NCBI RefSeq assembly: GCF_000007985.2
Contig: NC_002939.5
Coordinates: forward strand, 3,450,001 to 3,482,000
DNA from: Geobacter sulfurreducens PCA
GTDB lineage: Bacteria; Desulfobacterota; Desulfuromonadia; Geobacterales; Geobacteraceae
DNA length: 32,000 nt
Direction: 5' to 3'
Position 1 is the stretch's first letter. The number at the start of each line of letters is the position of its first letter. The notes beneath the pieces are model-generated. The model was given only the letters and a program-made list of their open reading frames with translations, made no database searches and had not been told where the DNA came from. Both the position numbers and the translations under genes were made by a program. Shown here in pieces: positions 24,194-31,688 of this stretch.

Positions 24194-26563
24194 ATGCCCT
24201 CCGTTGATCCGTGCTGGCGCTGGTCTGCCTTCGGCAAACATCCTGCCGCAGCTGACTATTTTCGGCTCGGTGAGGATTCTCCCTTTGTCGAAGGATTGGC
24301 CGCATGGGTGGAGAACGGGTACCGGCATCTCATCAGTCGGCACGAAGCGACAATGCCGTTCTGCTCCTGGCGCTTCTGGGCCCGCGGGTTCGGCCGGGAT
24401 TCCCTTGTCCTTGGAGTGGTCCGGCTCTCCAGCGACAGCCTCGGCCGCTCCTATCCGCTGCTCATCATGGGAAGCGGCCCCCTTGAGGGATGGGAAGAGC
24501 AGTGGGACCTGCTCCCTTTTGCTTGTGAACCGTCATGGTGCCAGATCGAGTACTTGGCGACGCATTCCTTTGATGGTCTGAAGCACGTGGGTGAAGAACT
24601 CCGAAGGGTTCGCCCCCCCGGGTCGGACTGGGACGAGCTGGCGGAACGGCGCCGCGGCCTGAACCGGCTCGGTTCCCCCCTTGATCCCTATGCATCCTTC
24701 CTGGACATCCCCAGTCTCGAACGACTGGTCGCCGAACATTCCGGCCGGGAAGAGTTTTCCGTCAGACTCGACCGGGGGCCGGTGCATGACAAAATCACCC
24801 TGGTAAGCCTTTGGCACCTCCTGACCAAGAGGACCGTCAAAGGAGTCCCCCACACCCTTTTCATGGGCGGCAACCTGGAACACTCCTTTCTCGCCTCCTT
24901 CCGGCGGGCCCTGGCCCCGGGGGATTTTCTCCACCTCTGGTCCGCGCCGGAGGCAGGAGGATGGCACGACAGCATCGGAACGGGGCACGCCTTGGACATT
25001 GCATCTATCGGAAAAGAACCGGTGTGCCCCGAACGGCCGGCCGGCGAGGATATTCGCTACGATCCCCTCTTCGACGCGCTCCAGGCGGAGGTTGACAAGC
25101 TCACCTCCCCCGCCGTGGCCGGTGCCGTCGACTGGGAACGGGTGGTACATATGGCAGCCGACATCCTCGCCACCCGGTCCAAAGACCTCCTTGTGGCGAG
25201 CTACCTGGCAGTGGGACTCGTCCAGACCCGCGGGGGTGACGGCCTCGCTCTGGGGCTCACTGTCTGGCGCGATCTCCTGGAACGGTTCTGGTGCACCCTC
25301 TACCCCACCCGCACACGGGGGCGCCAACGATCGGTGGAGTGGTGGCTGGATCGGACCGTGATCGCCCTGCATCATCAGGGAAACTGGTCCCTTCCCCCTG
25401 AGCAACACGGCATTGTGCTGGAAACCCTTGGCGCCATAGACCGCTTTCTGGGAGAGCGCCTGGAGGATGCCCCCTCCCTTACGAAACTGAGGCAACTACT
25501 GGCGGACATGGCGCCGGAAGGCGGAGAAGAAACGGCCCCCGAAGCCGTGGTTGCTACGCCGGCTCAAGCCGAGGCTCCCGCCACTGGCCTATTCGCTCCG
25601 CCCCGTCAAACCGCCGCCCCCGCCGTGGAGCCCCCCTGTCAGGCGATTGCCACTGGCTCCTCCCTTCAGATGCTGGAGGAAGCGCTTCGCCAGGTGGGGG
25701 AGGCGGCCGGCGCCCTCATCCAGCAGGATCCCGCGGCCCCCGTATCCTATCGGCTCTCCCGCCTTGCCGCCTGGGGGAAGGTAACCGAGCTCCCGCCGTC
25801 GATAAACGGACGTACCCGAATCCCTCCTCCCGAGCGGCAGGTGCTGACCCTTCTCCAGGAACTGGCCAGCCACGGAGACGGCGAGGCGCTCCTGAAGGCG
25901 GCTGAGGCGCGGCTTCCCCAGTTCATCTTCTGGCTCGATCTGAGCCGGCTCACCGCCAAGGCTCTCTGCCGCCTCGGCGACCGCTTTGCCGCCGCCCGCG
26001 AAGCGGTCTGCGCGGAGACGGCCGCCTTTGTGGGTCGGCTTCCGGCCCTTCCTGACCTGACCTTTGCCGACGGCACTCCCTTTGCCGCCCCGGAAACCCG
26101 CCAGTGGCTCACGGGGCTCGCACAGCGCGGGGCATCCGTTGCAGACTGCCCTGCGGTGGGTCATAACGACGGCCGCGCCGCGGCCATTGCCCGGGAGGTG
26201 GAAGAGGCCCAGGCTCTCATTCGGGACGGCAAACTCCTGGAGGCGGTGGAGCGGTTCCAGAAACAACTCGGCAACGGCGCCTCCCGCAAGGAGAGGCTCC
26301 ACTGGCGTCTCGCCCTGGCCCAACTCCTTGTGAACACCAATCGGGCCAAGCTGGCGCTCCCCCATCTAGAGCAGGTCGTGGCGGACATCGAGGCCTTCGG
26401 CCTCGAAGAGTACGACCCGGCCCTGGCCCTGCGGGGGCTGAAGCTCGCCTGGGCCGGCTTCGATTCCCAGATCGAGCCCCGCTTCAAGGAAAAGGCCGCC
26501 GATGCCCTCCACCGGATCGCCCGCCTCGATCCGGTGGAGATGGTGCGACTGACGAAGGGGTAG
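24194..26563 (+). CDS. tssA: TagF-TssA fusion protein: an N-terminal TagF (DUF2094/ImpM) domain joined in-frame to a full-length ImpA_N-type TssA (VasJ-like).
   Basis: Residues ~12-262 of the tracked ORF carry the TagF signature (WSAFGKHPAAADYF...SYPLLIM...GDFLHLW). From about residue 278 (nt ~24990) onward is the TssA N-terminal signature LDIASIGKEPVCPERPAGEDIRYDPLFDALQAEVDKL...WERV...A..IL...SKDL. There is no stop codon between the two. AGGAGC lies 7 nt before the ATG at 24194. Confidence 0.8.
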   Translation: MPSVDPCWRWSAFGKHPAAADYFRLGEDSPFVEGLAAWVENGYRHLISRHEATMPFCSWRFWARGFGRDSLVLGVVRLSSDSLGRSYPLLIMGSGPLEGWEEQWDLLPFACEPSWCQIEYLATHSFDGLKHVGEELRRVRPPGSDWDELAERRRGLNRLGSPLDPYASFLDIPSLERLVAEHSGREEFSVRLDRGPVHDKITLVSLWHLLTKRTVKGVPHTLFMGGNLEHSFLASFRRALAPGDFLHLWSAPEAGGWHDSIGTGHALDIASIGKEPVCPERPAGEDIRYDPLFDALQAEVDKLTSPAVAGAVDWERVVHMAADILATRSKDLLVASYLAVGLVQTRGGDGLALGLTVWRDLLERFWCTLYPTRTRGRQRSVEWWLDRTVIALHHQGNWSLPPEQHGIVLETLGAIDRFLGERLEDAPSLTKLRQLLADMAPEGGEETAPEAVVATPAQAEAPATGLFAPPRQTAAPAVEPPCQAIATGSSLQMLEEALRQVGEAAGALIQQDPAAPVSYRLSRLAAWGKVTELPPSINGRTRIPPPERQVLTLLQELASHGDGEALLKAAEARLPQFIFWLDLSRLTAKALCRLGDRFAAAREAVCAETAAFVGRLPALPDLTFADGTPFAAPETRQWLTGLAQRGASVADCPAVGHNDGRAAAIAREVEEAQALIRDGKLLEAVERFQKQLGNGASRKERLHWRLALAQLLVNTNRAKLALPHLEQVVADIEAFGLEEYDPALALRGLKLAWAGFDSQIEPRFKEKAADALHRIARLDPVEMVRLTKG

Positions 26564-26569
26564 ATAACG

Positions 26570-27763
26570 ATGGAACAGGATTGCGAATCGATTGCTTGCG
26601 GAAAAGGCTCCAAAACCAGGGCCCAAAAATCCGGAACCGGCGGGCGGATCGCCGTGACCGGTTTCGGCCTCGTGACCCCCATGGGAGTTACGTCCTGGCG
26701 CTCCGTGTCAGCCGTGATCCGCAACCGCAGCCACTTCGCCTGGCACGAAACGGTTCTGGTGGCCGACGCCCCCGACGGCACCGCCCTGCGTGGTGCGACG
26801 ATCAGCCGGGTTTCGGGGGAAGGCGTGCGGTTCGGCCTGACCGGGAGCGAGCGAAGTCTGGCGCTCTTGGCACCGGCGCTCCGGGAGGCCACCAGCGGCC
26901 TTTCACCCTCCCCTGGCGACGCGGTGCCGGCATGGATCATCAATGGGATCCCTTCGGAAGAAGTCGGGGCAATTCCCTGTCCGGCGGACATTCTTCCCCT
27001 CCTCTCTCCGATGGAGCATCTACCGGTTGGCCGGGAGGCAGGCTCCGGACGCTGCCTCTTTCTTGACCGGGTAGCCGAGGCGGCGAAGGCCCTCAGAGAG
27101 GGGAGATGTCCGCGGGCGCTCGTCGCCGCCGTCGACTCCCTCTGCTTCCTGCCGGTGCTCGAAGAACTCCTGGCGGCCGGCAGACTTCTGAGCGGGCCGA
27201 ACCCCGAGGGGATCATCCCCGGAGAGGCGGCCGGAGCCATCCTCCTGGAGCGGGAAGAGTCGGCACGGAAGCGGGGCGCCCCCATCTACGCGTTCGTCTC
27301 ATCACGGGGCCACGGCATTGATCCCGCTCCCCGCACCGGAGGCCGCCCTTCGCAGGGGAGGGGGCTCACCGAAGCGTTTTTTCAGGCCTTCGATGGACTT
27401 CCCACCACCGGTGGAGAGATGGGGCTGGTCGTCGCCGACCTGAACGGCGAACGGCAGCGTGCGCTGGGATGGGCCGTGACCGAAGAACGGGTTTTCGGCC
27501 CCTCACACCGGGAGCGGCAACTGTGGCTCCCCGCCTTCTCCGTCGGGGAATGCGGCGCGGCCCTCGGCGTGGTGCAGACCGTCGTCGCCGTCGCAGCTCT
27601 TGCCAAGGACCTCGCCAACGGGGAGCAGGTCGCCCTCTGTTCCTCCGATGACGGAGGAGAGACACGGGTACTCTGTCTCGATCAGGGGGACTTCGCCGAT
27701 CGCCATGCCCTTAACCGGTGGCGGCGGGAGCGGCAGGCGAAAACGAACGAAAGAGTAACCTGA
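26570..27763 (+). CDS. Thiolase-fold, beta-ketoacyl-synthase-like protein with a degenerate active site.
   Basis: 397 aa. RIAVTGFGLVTPMG matches FabF RVVVTGLGMLSPVG. GIIPGEAAGAILLEREESARKRGAPIYAFV matches [30 protein letters not shown]. In a by-eye alignment to E. coli FabF, the Cys position may be kept (GRCLF), but His303 aligns with Asp (VVADLNGE) and His340 with Glu (FSVGECGAALG). Confidence 0.75.
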   Translation: MEQDCESIACGKGSKTRAQKSGTGGRIAVTGFGLVTPMGVTSWRSVSAVIRNRSHFAWHETVLVADAPDGTALRGATISRVSGEGVRFGLTGSERSLALLAPALREATSGLSPSPGDAVPAWIINGIPSEEVGAIPCPADILPLLSPMEHLPVGREAGSGRCLFLDRVAEAAKALREGRCPRALVAAVDSLCFLPVLEELLAAGRLLSGPNPEGIIPGEAAGAILLEREESARKRGAPIYAFVSSRGHGIDPAPRTGGRPSQGRGLTEAFFQAFDGLPTTGGEMGLVVADLNGERQRALGWAVTEERVFGPSHRERQLWLPAFSVGECGAALGVVQTVVAVAALAKDLANGEQVALCSSDDGGETRVLCLDQGDFADRHALNRWRRERQAKTNERVT

Positions 27764-28431
27764 TGGGAGCAACGCTTGTCGTCAACGGCCAGACCGTCGT
27801 CCACAAGGAAAGCGGCGGCGTAGTCACCACCACCGACGTCTGCAAGACGCCGGTGGGAAACACCGTGGTGCCGATTCCCTACACCAACGTCGCCCGGTCG
27901 GTCGATGTGGCAAACGGCAGCAGTACCGTGGCCGTGGACGGCCACCCGGTCATGCTGAAGGATTCGGTCTTCAGCCGCAGCAGCGGAGATGAGCCGGGCT
28001 CCCTCGGCGGCGTCGCCTCCGGGGTCACCGGCGGCAAGGCGAAGTTCGTCAACTTCTCGAACAACGTCTTCTTCGAAGGACGCCCGGTCTGCCGCCGTCT
28101 CGACCCCATGGTCAGCAACCTCTCCGGCACGGGGAACACCCCGCCGGCGCCTCTGATGCAGGAGAATATAGCCGTGGCGGCCGACGATCACCAGGGGCAC
28201 CGGATACCGTTCACCTTCTCCTTCAGGCATCCGGACTTGAAAAGCGGCAGGGTCGAATTCCCCTCATTCACCGCCCGGCACGCCATGGAGGGAACGACCG
28301 ATCCGGGGGATGACCCCGACGGCTACTGCGACGACGTCCACCTCGCCGGCGCGCCGGGGACCCACGACCTGAGGTTCGCCGACTTCGAGCGCGAACGGAA
28401 GAAACTCCCCCGCGAGGAGACCACCACATGA
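27763..28431 (+). CDS. DUF4150 PAAR-like T6SS spike-tip protein with a ~90-aa C-terminal extension of unknown function.
   Basis: MGATLVVNGQTVVHKESGGVVTTTDVCKTPVGNTVVPIPYTNVARSVD...GSSTV.VDGHPVMLKDSVFSRSSGDEPGSLGGVASGVTGGKAKFVNFSNNVFFEGRPVCRRLDPMVSN matches the DUF4150 pattern. The ATG overlaps the stop of the KAS-like gene (TGATG). Confidence 0.85.
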   Translation: MGATLVVNGQTVVHKESGGVVTTTDVCKTPVGNTVVPIPYTNVARSVDVANGSSTVAVDGHPVMLKDSVFSRSSGDEPGSLGGVASGVTGGKAKFVNFSNNVFFEGRPVCRRLDPMVSNLSGTGNTPPAPLMQENIAVAADDHQGHRIPFTFSFRHPDLKSGRVEFPSFTARHAMEGTTDPGDDPDGYCDDVHLAGAPGTHDLRFADFERERKKLPREETTT

Positions 28432-29456
28432 CCATATCCGCCACCCTGCGCAGGGCGCTCCTCTTCCTGCTCATCACGCCGATCGTCACCCTGCTTGCCT
28501 GCACGAGCAGCGAAGGGACGCAGAAAAAAAGCACGCAACCCTCGACTGACAAAGGAGTACCACGGATGACCACCTACCCCATCGGAAGATTCGCCATCGA
28601 TGTGCCGGCGGAGATGAAGCTGGTTCACCAGTGGCAGAGGCTCCGCTACGCGGAGATCGAGGAGTTTGCCTGGTCCGGCAGCGTTCCCCGCGAACGGGCC
28701 CGTGACGAGGCATGGAAGAAGCGCCTGACAGAGATCGGCAAACTCACTCCACCCAAAGGAAAGGAGCGGGTGATCATCGAGACTCGCGAGTTTCCCGGTG
28801 TTGGGGCGTGGGCGCGGGGAATCCTCTTCTACGGCAACAGAATGAGTCCAAAGGACGGGAATTGGCTGATTCTTATGGATGTGGGTCAAACTGCTGCATG
28901 GCTGGAATTAAAGGGGCTCGTTCAATACGAGCAGGATATGCTTCACGATCTGACCGAGATTGCGAAATCTTATCAAGCTCGTCGCTTCGGCGATCTCAAA
29001 CTCCCCCCTGGCAACTGGTTCTATACCGAACGTGGTGCCATCAATCTCCCCTACCTGGAGCAGGAAACGGCCGCCGCCCGGTTCGAGGGGCACCCGCTGG
29101 GGTTGGAGATCGACATCGAGACAACGGAGACGCACAAGGTAGAAGAAGCCGGTCTCATCAAAAAGACCATGGCCGCCATGGCGACAGGATTCGCCACCGG
29201 TTTGGATATCGACAAAATCCGCTCCAGGAAAAAGACTGTTGCCGGCCTCGACGGAGAAGAAGAAGTTCTCAAAATGAACGATGGCAACAAAACCGTCTTG
29301 AACTTCGCATGGGAATACCGGGGAAGAAAGGATTCCGGAGAGTATCCGGAGATACGCATTACCATGGACAGCGCTGATGGCAAACTGGAGCAAAAGCTCC
29401 AGGTCTGGGACGCCATCCTTAACTCGCTGAAACCGATGTACGGAACCGGCAGATAA
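28428..29456 (+). CDS. Lipoprotein, probable Tli4-family T6SS lipase immunity protein.
   Basis: 342 aa. Signal peptide with lipobox (LITPIVTLLAC|TSS). The motif YPIGRFAIDVPAEM resembles the CxGRFxIDLP motif I recall for Tli4-type immunity proteins. The ATGA overlap with the PAAR-like gene and the position immediately upstream of a lipase support this. The family call is tentative; the CDS and lipoprotein calls are firmer. Confidence 0.65.
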   Translation: MTISATLRRALLFLLITPIVTLLACTSSEGTQKKSTQPSTDKGVPRMTTYPIGRFAIDVPAEMKLVHQWQRLRYAEIEEFAWSGSVPRERARDEAWKKRLTEIGKLTPPKGKERVIIETREFPGVGAWARGILFYGNRMSPKDGNWLILMDVGQTAAWLELKGLVQYEQDMLHDLTEIAKSYQARRFGDLKLPPGNWFYTERGAINLPYLEQETAAARFEGHPLGLEIDIETTETHKVEEAGLIKKTMAAMATGFATGLDIDKIRSRKKTVAGLDGEEEVLKMNDGNKTVLNFAWEYRGRKDSGEYPEIRITMDSADGKLEQKLQVWDAILNSLKPMYGTGR

Positions 29457-29471
29457 CGGGGAGAACCACGG

Positions 29472-31091
29472 GTGAGTATTTCCTCGGAAATCAACCAGAT
29501 CGACATCAAGTGGTGGGAGCTGTTCGACACCATACGGGGTCTCAGGACCGAGGTGCAGAACCGGATCGTCATCGAGCGGGAGGTGATCCCGATCATCTTC
29601 GTCCCCGGCATCATGGGAAGCCGACTGAAGTTCGCCAAGGGGAAGAAGCAAGGGACGAGAGCATGGGACCCCGACTCTTCTGGCTTCATGTTTTTGAATT
29701 ACGGCAGATTCGACGTTTCCGCAAAGAAAAAGAAGGCCCTCCTCGTCGGCCCGGAGTTCGATCCCGACTACCTGGAGGTCGACACCAACAACCCGAAGCT
29801 CGACAAAAGTTTCCTGCGACGCTACCCGAGAGCCGACAAACGGGGTTGGGGCGGGGTCATGTGGGGGAGTTACGGACCGATCCTGCGGGCACTTCACGAT
29901 CACCAATGGGAGGAACCGGTGGGACACTGTTTCGAGTTCCCGGTCCACGCCTTCGGCTACAACTGGACCGCCTCCAACATGGAGGCCGGCAGGAAGCTGA
30001 AGGAGTATATCGGTGCCACCATCGACCACTATGCCAAAGGATTGAGGGACGAAGCGGGGCGCCCCCTGGAACGCCTCTGCACTCGGGTTATCCTCGTGAC
30101 CCACTCCATGGGAGGGCTCGTGGCCCGGTCCGCCTGCGTGCTCCACGGTGCCGCAGAAAAAGTGCTCGGGGTCGTCCACGGCGTGCAGCCGGCCACCGGC
30201 TCACCCGCCGCCTACTGGCGGATGAAAGCCGGGTTCGAACGCCCTGCCGGCGGACCCCGCAAGAGCATCTGGGATTGGTTTCTCAATCCCGTGAAGATGT
30301 TCGAGCGGCGGGCCATGGGGTATGCCTCGGCCTGGATCCTCGGTACCGACGGTGAGGAGGTGACGGCGCTCTTGGGGAACATGCCGGGGGGGCTGCAACT
30401 GCTGCCGAATAAGGATTACCGGGACAATAGCGGCAGCCGGCAGTGGCTCGCCTACCCAGGGGCCGACGGCCGTACCCTGAGCCTTCCCCGGAGCGACCCC
30501 TACGAGGATATCTACCGCGTCCGAGACAACGTACCCTGGCGGATGGTGAACCCGGACTGGCTCGATCCAGGGAATCCAACTGGCAGCTCCAAGAGCTATC
30601 GGAGCAAAACATCATGGGATCATTATGAGGAATATCTCCTTGAGGCCGAAGAATTCCACGACAACCTCGGCTCCCGGGTCCACGACGACACGGTCCAGTT
30701 CTACTCCACCACCCTCGACTCACCGGACCGGATCGTTTACACCCGCGAACCCCACGTGCATTCTACGCCCCACCAGTTCAGGAATAAGGGGGCATTCCGG
30801 GCCTATGTGGACAGTAACGACGAAATACGGGAAACCTTCGCAGGAGCAACGGCGGTGGTCGCCCTGGAACCCTTCTCCGGCACCGGCGACGGCACCGTCC
30901 CCGATTCGTCGGGCAAGGCCCTGAAGGTTCCCACGGCACGGATCGGTCGGGATTCGCCCGCCGATTTCTTTTCCATCGACCATCAGGGAATCTATGGGAC
31001 GGATACAGCGAAGAAAATTGTCTTCACCACCGTCTGGAACCTGGCGATCAAGCGGATCGAGGAACAGGTGGGGGGGCCGGCCGGTGATTGA
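29472..31091 (+). CDS. T6SS lipase/phospholipase effector candidate (Tle-type, GxSxG class, LCAT/PGAP1-like alpha/beta hydrolase).
   Basis: 539 aa with no signal peptide. IIFVPGIMGSRL (oxyanion region), VTHSMGGLV (Ser212, nt 30105-30107), GTGDGTVP (Asp473), SIDHQGIY (His504). GTG start at 29472, with no nearby in-frame ATG. Confidence 0.8.
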   Translation: MSISSEINQIDIKWWELFDTIRGLRTEVQNRIVIEREVIPIIFVPGIMGSRLKFAKGKKQGTRAWDPDSSGFMFLNYGRFDVSAKKKKALLVGPEFDPDYLEVDTNNPKLDKSFLRRYPRADKRGWGGVMWGSYGPILRALHDHQWEEPVGHCFEFPVHAFGYNWTASNMEAGRKLKEYIGATIDHYAKGLRDEAGRPLERLCTRVILVTHSMGGLVARSACVLHGAAEKVLGVVHGVQPATGSPAAYWRMKAGFERPAGGPRKSIWDWFLNPVKMFERRAMGYASAWILGTDGEEVTALLGNMPGGLQLLPNKDYRDNSGSRQWLAYPGADGRTLSLPRSDPYEDIYRVRDNVPWRMVNPDWLDPGNPTGSSKSYRSKTSWDHYEEYLLEAEEFHDNLGSRVHDDTVQFYSTTLDSPDRIVYTREPHVHSTPHQFRNKGAFRAYVDSNDEIRETFAGATAVVALEPFSGTGDGTVPDSSGKALKVPTARIGRDSPADFFSIDHQGIYGTDTAKKIVFTTVWNLAIKRIEEQVGGPAGD

Positions 31092-31192
31092 AGGCAGGCT
31101 GAACCAGTACGGTTGACAGAAGGGTAAAGCTAAATTCAACGGGATACACGCCACGGACGGCACGTTCCCATCACACACAAAAGGAGAACTAC

Positions 31193-31678
31193 ATGTCGAA
31201 TGAAGCATCCGTAGCACCGAAGGAACGGGTGAACATCGTCTACCGTCCCGCCGATGGCGAAGGGCGCGAGGAAGTGGAGCTTCCCCTTAAAATCCTGGTG
31301 TTAGGGGACTTTACCGGGCAACCGGACGAGCGGCCCGTGGAGAAGCGGGACCCGGTGCCAGTGGACAAAGAAAACTTCAGCGAGGTCATGAAGGCCCAGA
31401 GAATCATGCTGAACATCGCCGTCTCCAACCGGCTTTACGATGCACCCGACGAGGAGCTGCCGGTGAAGCTGAAAATGGAATCCCTGAGAGATTTCGGCCC
31501 GGAGGCCATTGTGGAGCAGGTCCCGGAGATGAAACGCCTGTTGGAGTTGCGCGAGGCACTGCGGGCGCTGAAGGCTCCCCTCTCCAACATTCCGGACTTC
31601 CGGAGAAAAATTCAGGAACTGGTCACTGACGATGCCGCCCGCGCCAAGCTGCTGGCTGAAATAGGGATCGAAGGGTAA
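31193..31678 (+). CDS. tssB: T6SS contractile sheath small subunit TssB (VipA).
   Basis: 161 aa. ERVNIVYRP...EVELPLKILVLGDFTG...FSEVM....L. is the canonical TssB N-terminus. AAAGGAG RBS is present. Confidence 0.93.
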   Translation: MSNEASVAPKERVNIVYRPADGEGREEVELPLKILVLGDFTGQPDERPVEKRDPVPVDKENFSEVMKAQRIMLNIAVSNRLYDAPDEELPVKLKMESLRDFGPEAIVEQVPEMKRLLELREALRALKAPLSNIPDFRRKIQELVTDDAARAKLLAEIGIEG

Positions 31679-31688
31679 GGAGGAAACA

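Noticed and set aside
26161-30179. Minus-strand ORFs of 374 aa (26161..27285) and 423 aa (28908..30179), opposite tssA/KAS-like and Tli/Tle.
   Set aside because: These are shadow ORFs. The plus-strand frames carry clear family motifs and translational coupling. The minus-strand products are Arg/Ser/Pro- or Gly/Val/Glu-rich with no motifs.
31113-31118. TTGACA hexamer upstream of tssB as an internal promoter.
   Set aside because: There is no acceptable -10 hexamer at 16-19 nt spacing: TAAATT is only 12 nt away and TCAACG sits at 17 nt. tssB is more likely co-transcribed with upstream genes or uses a promoter I cannot recognise.
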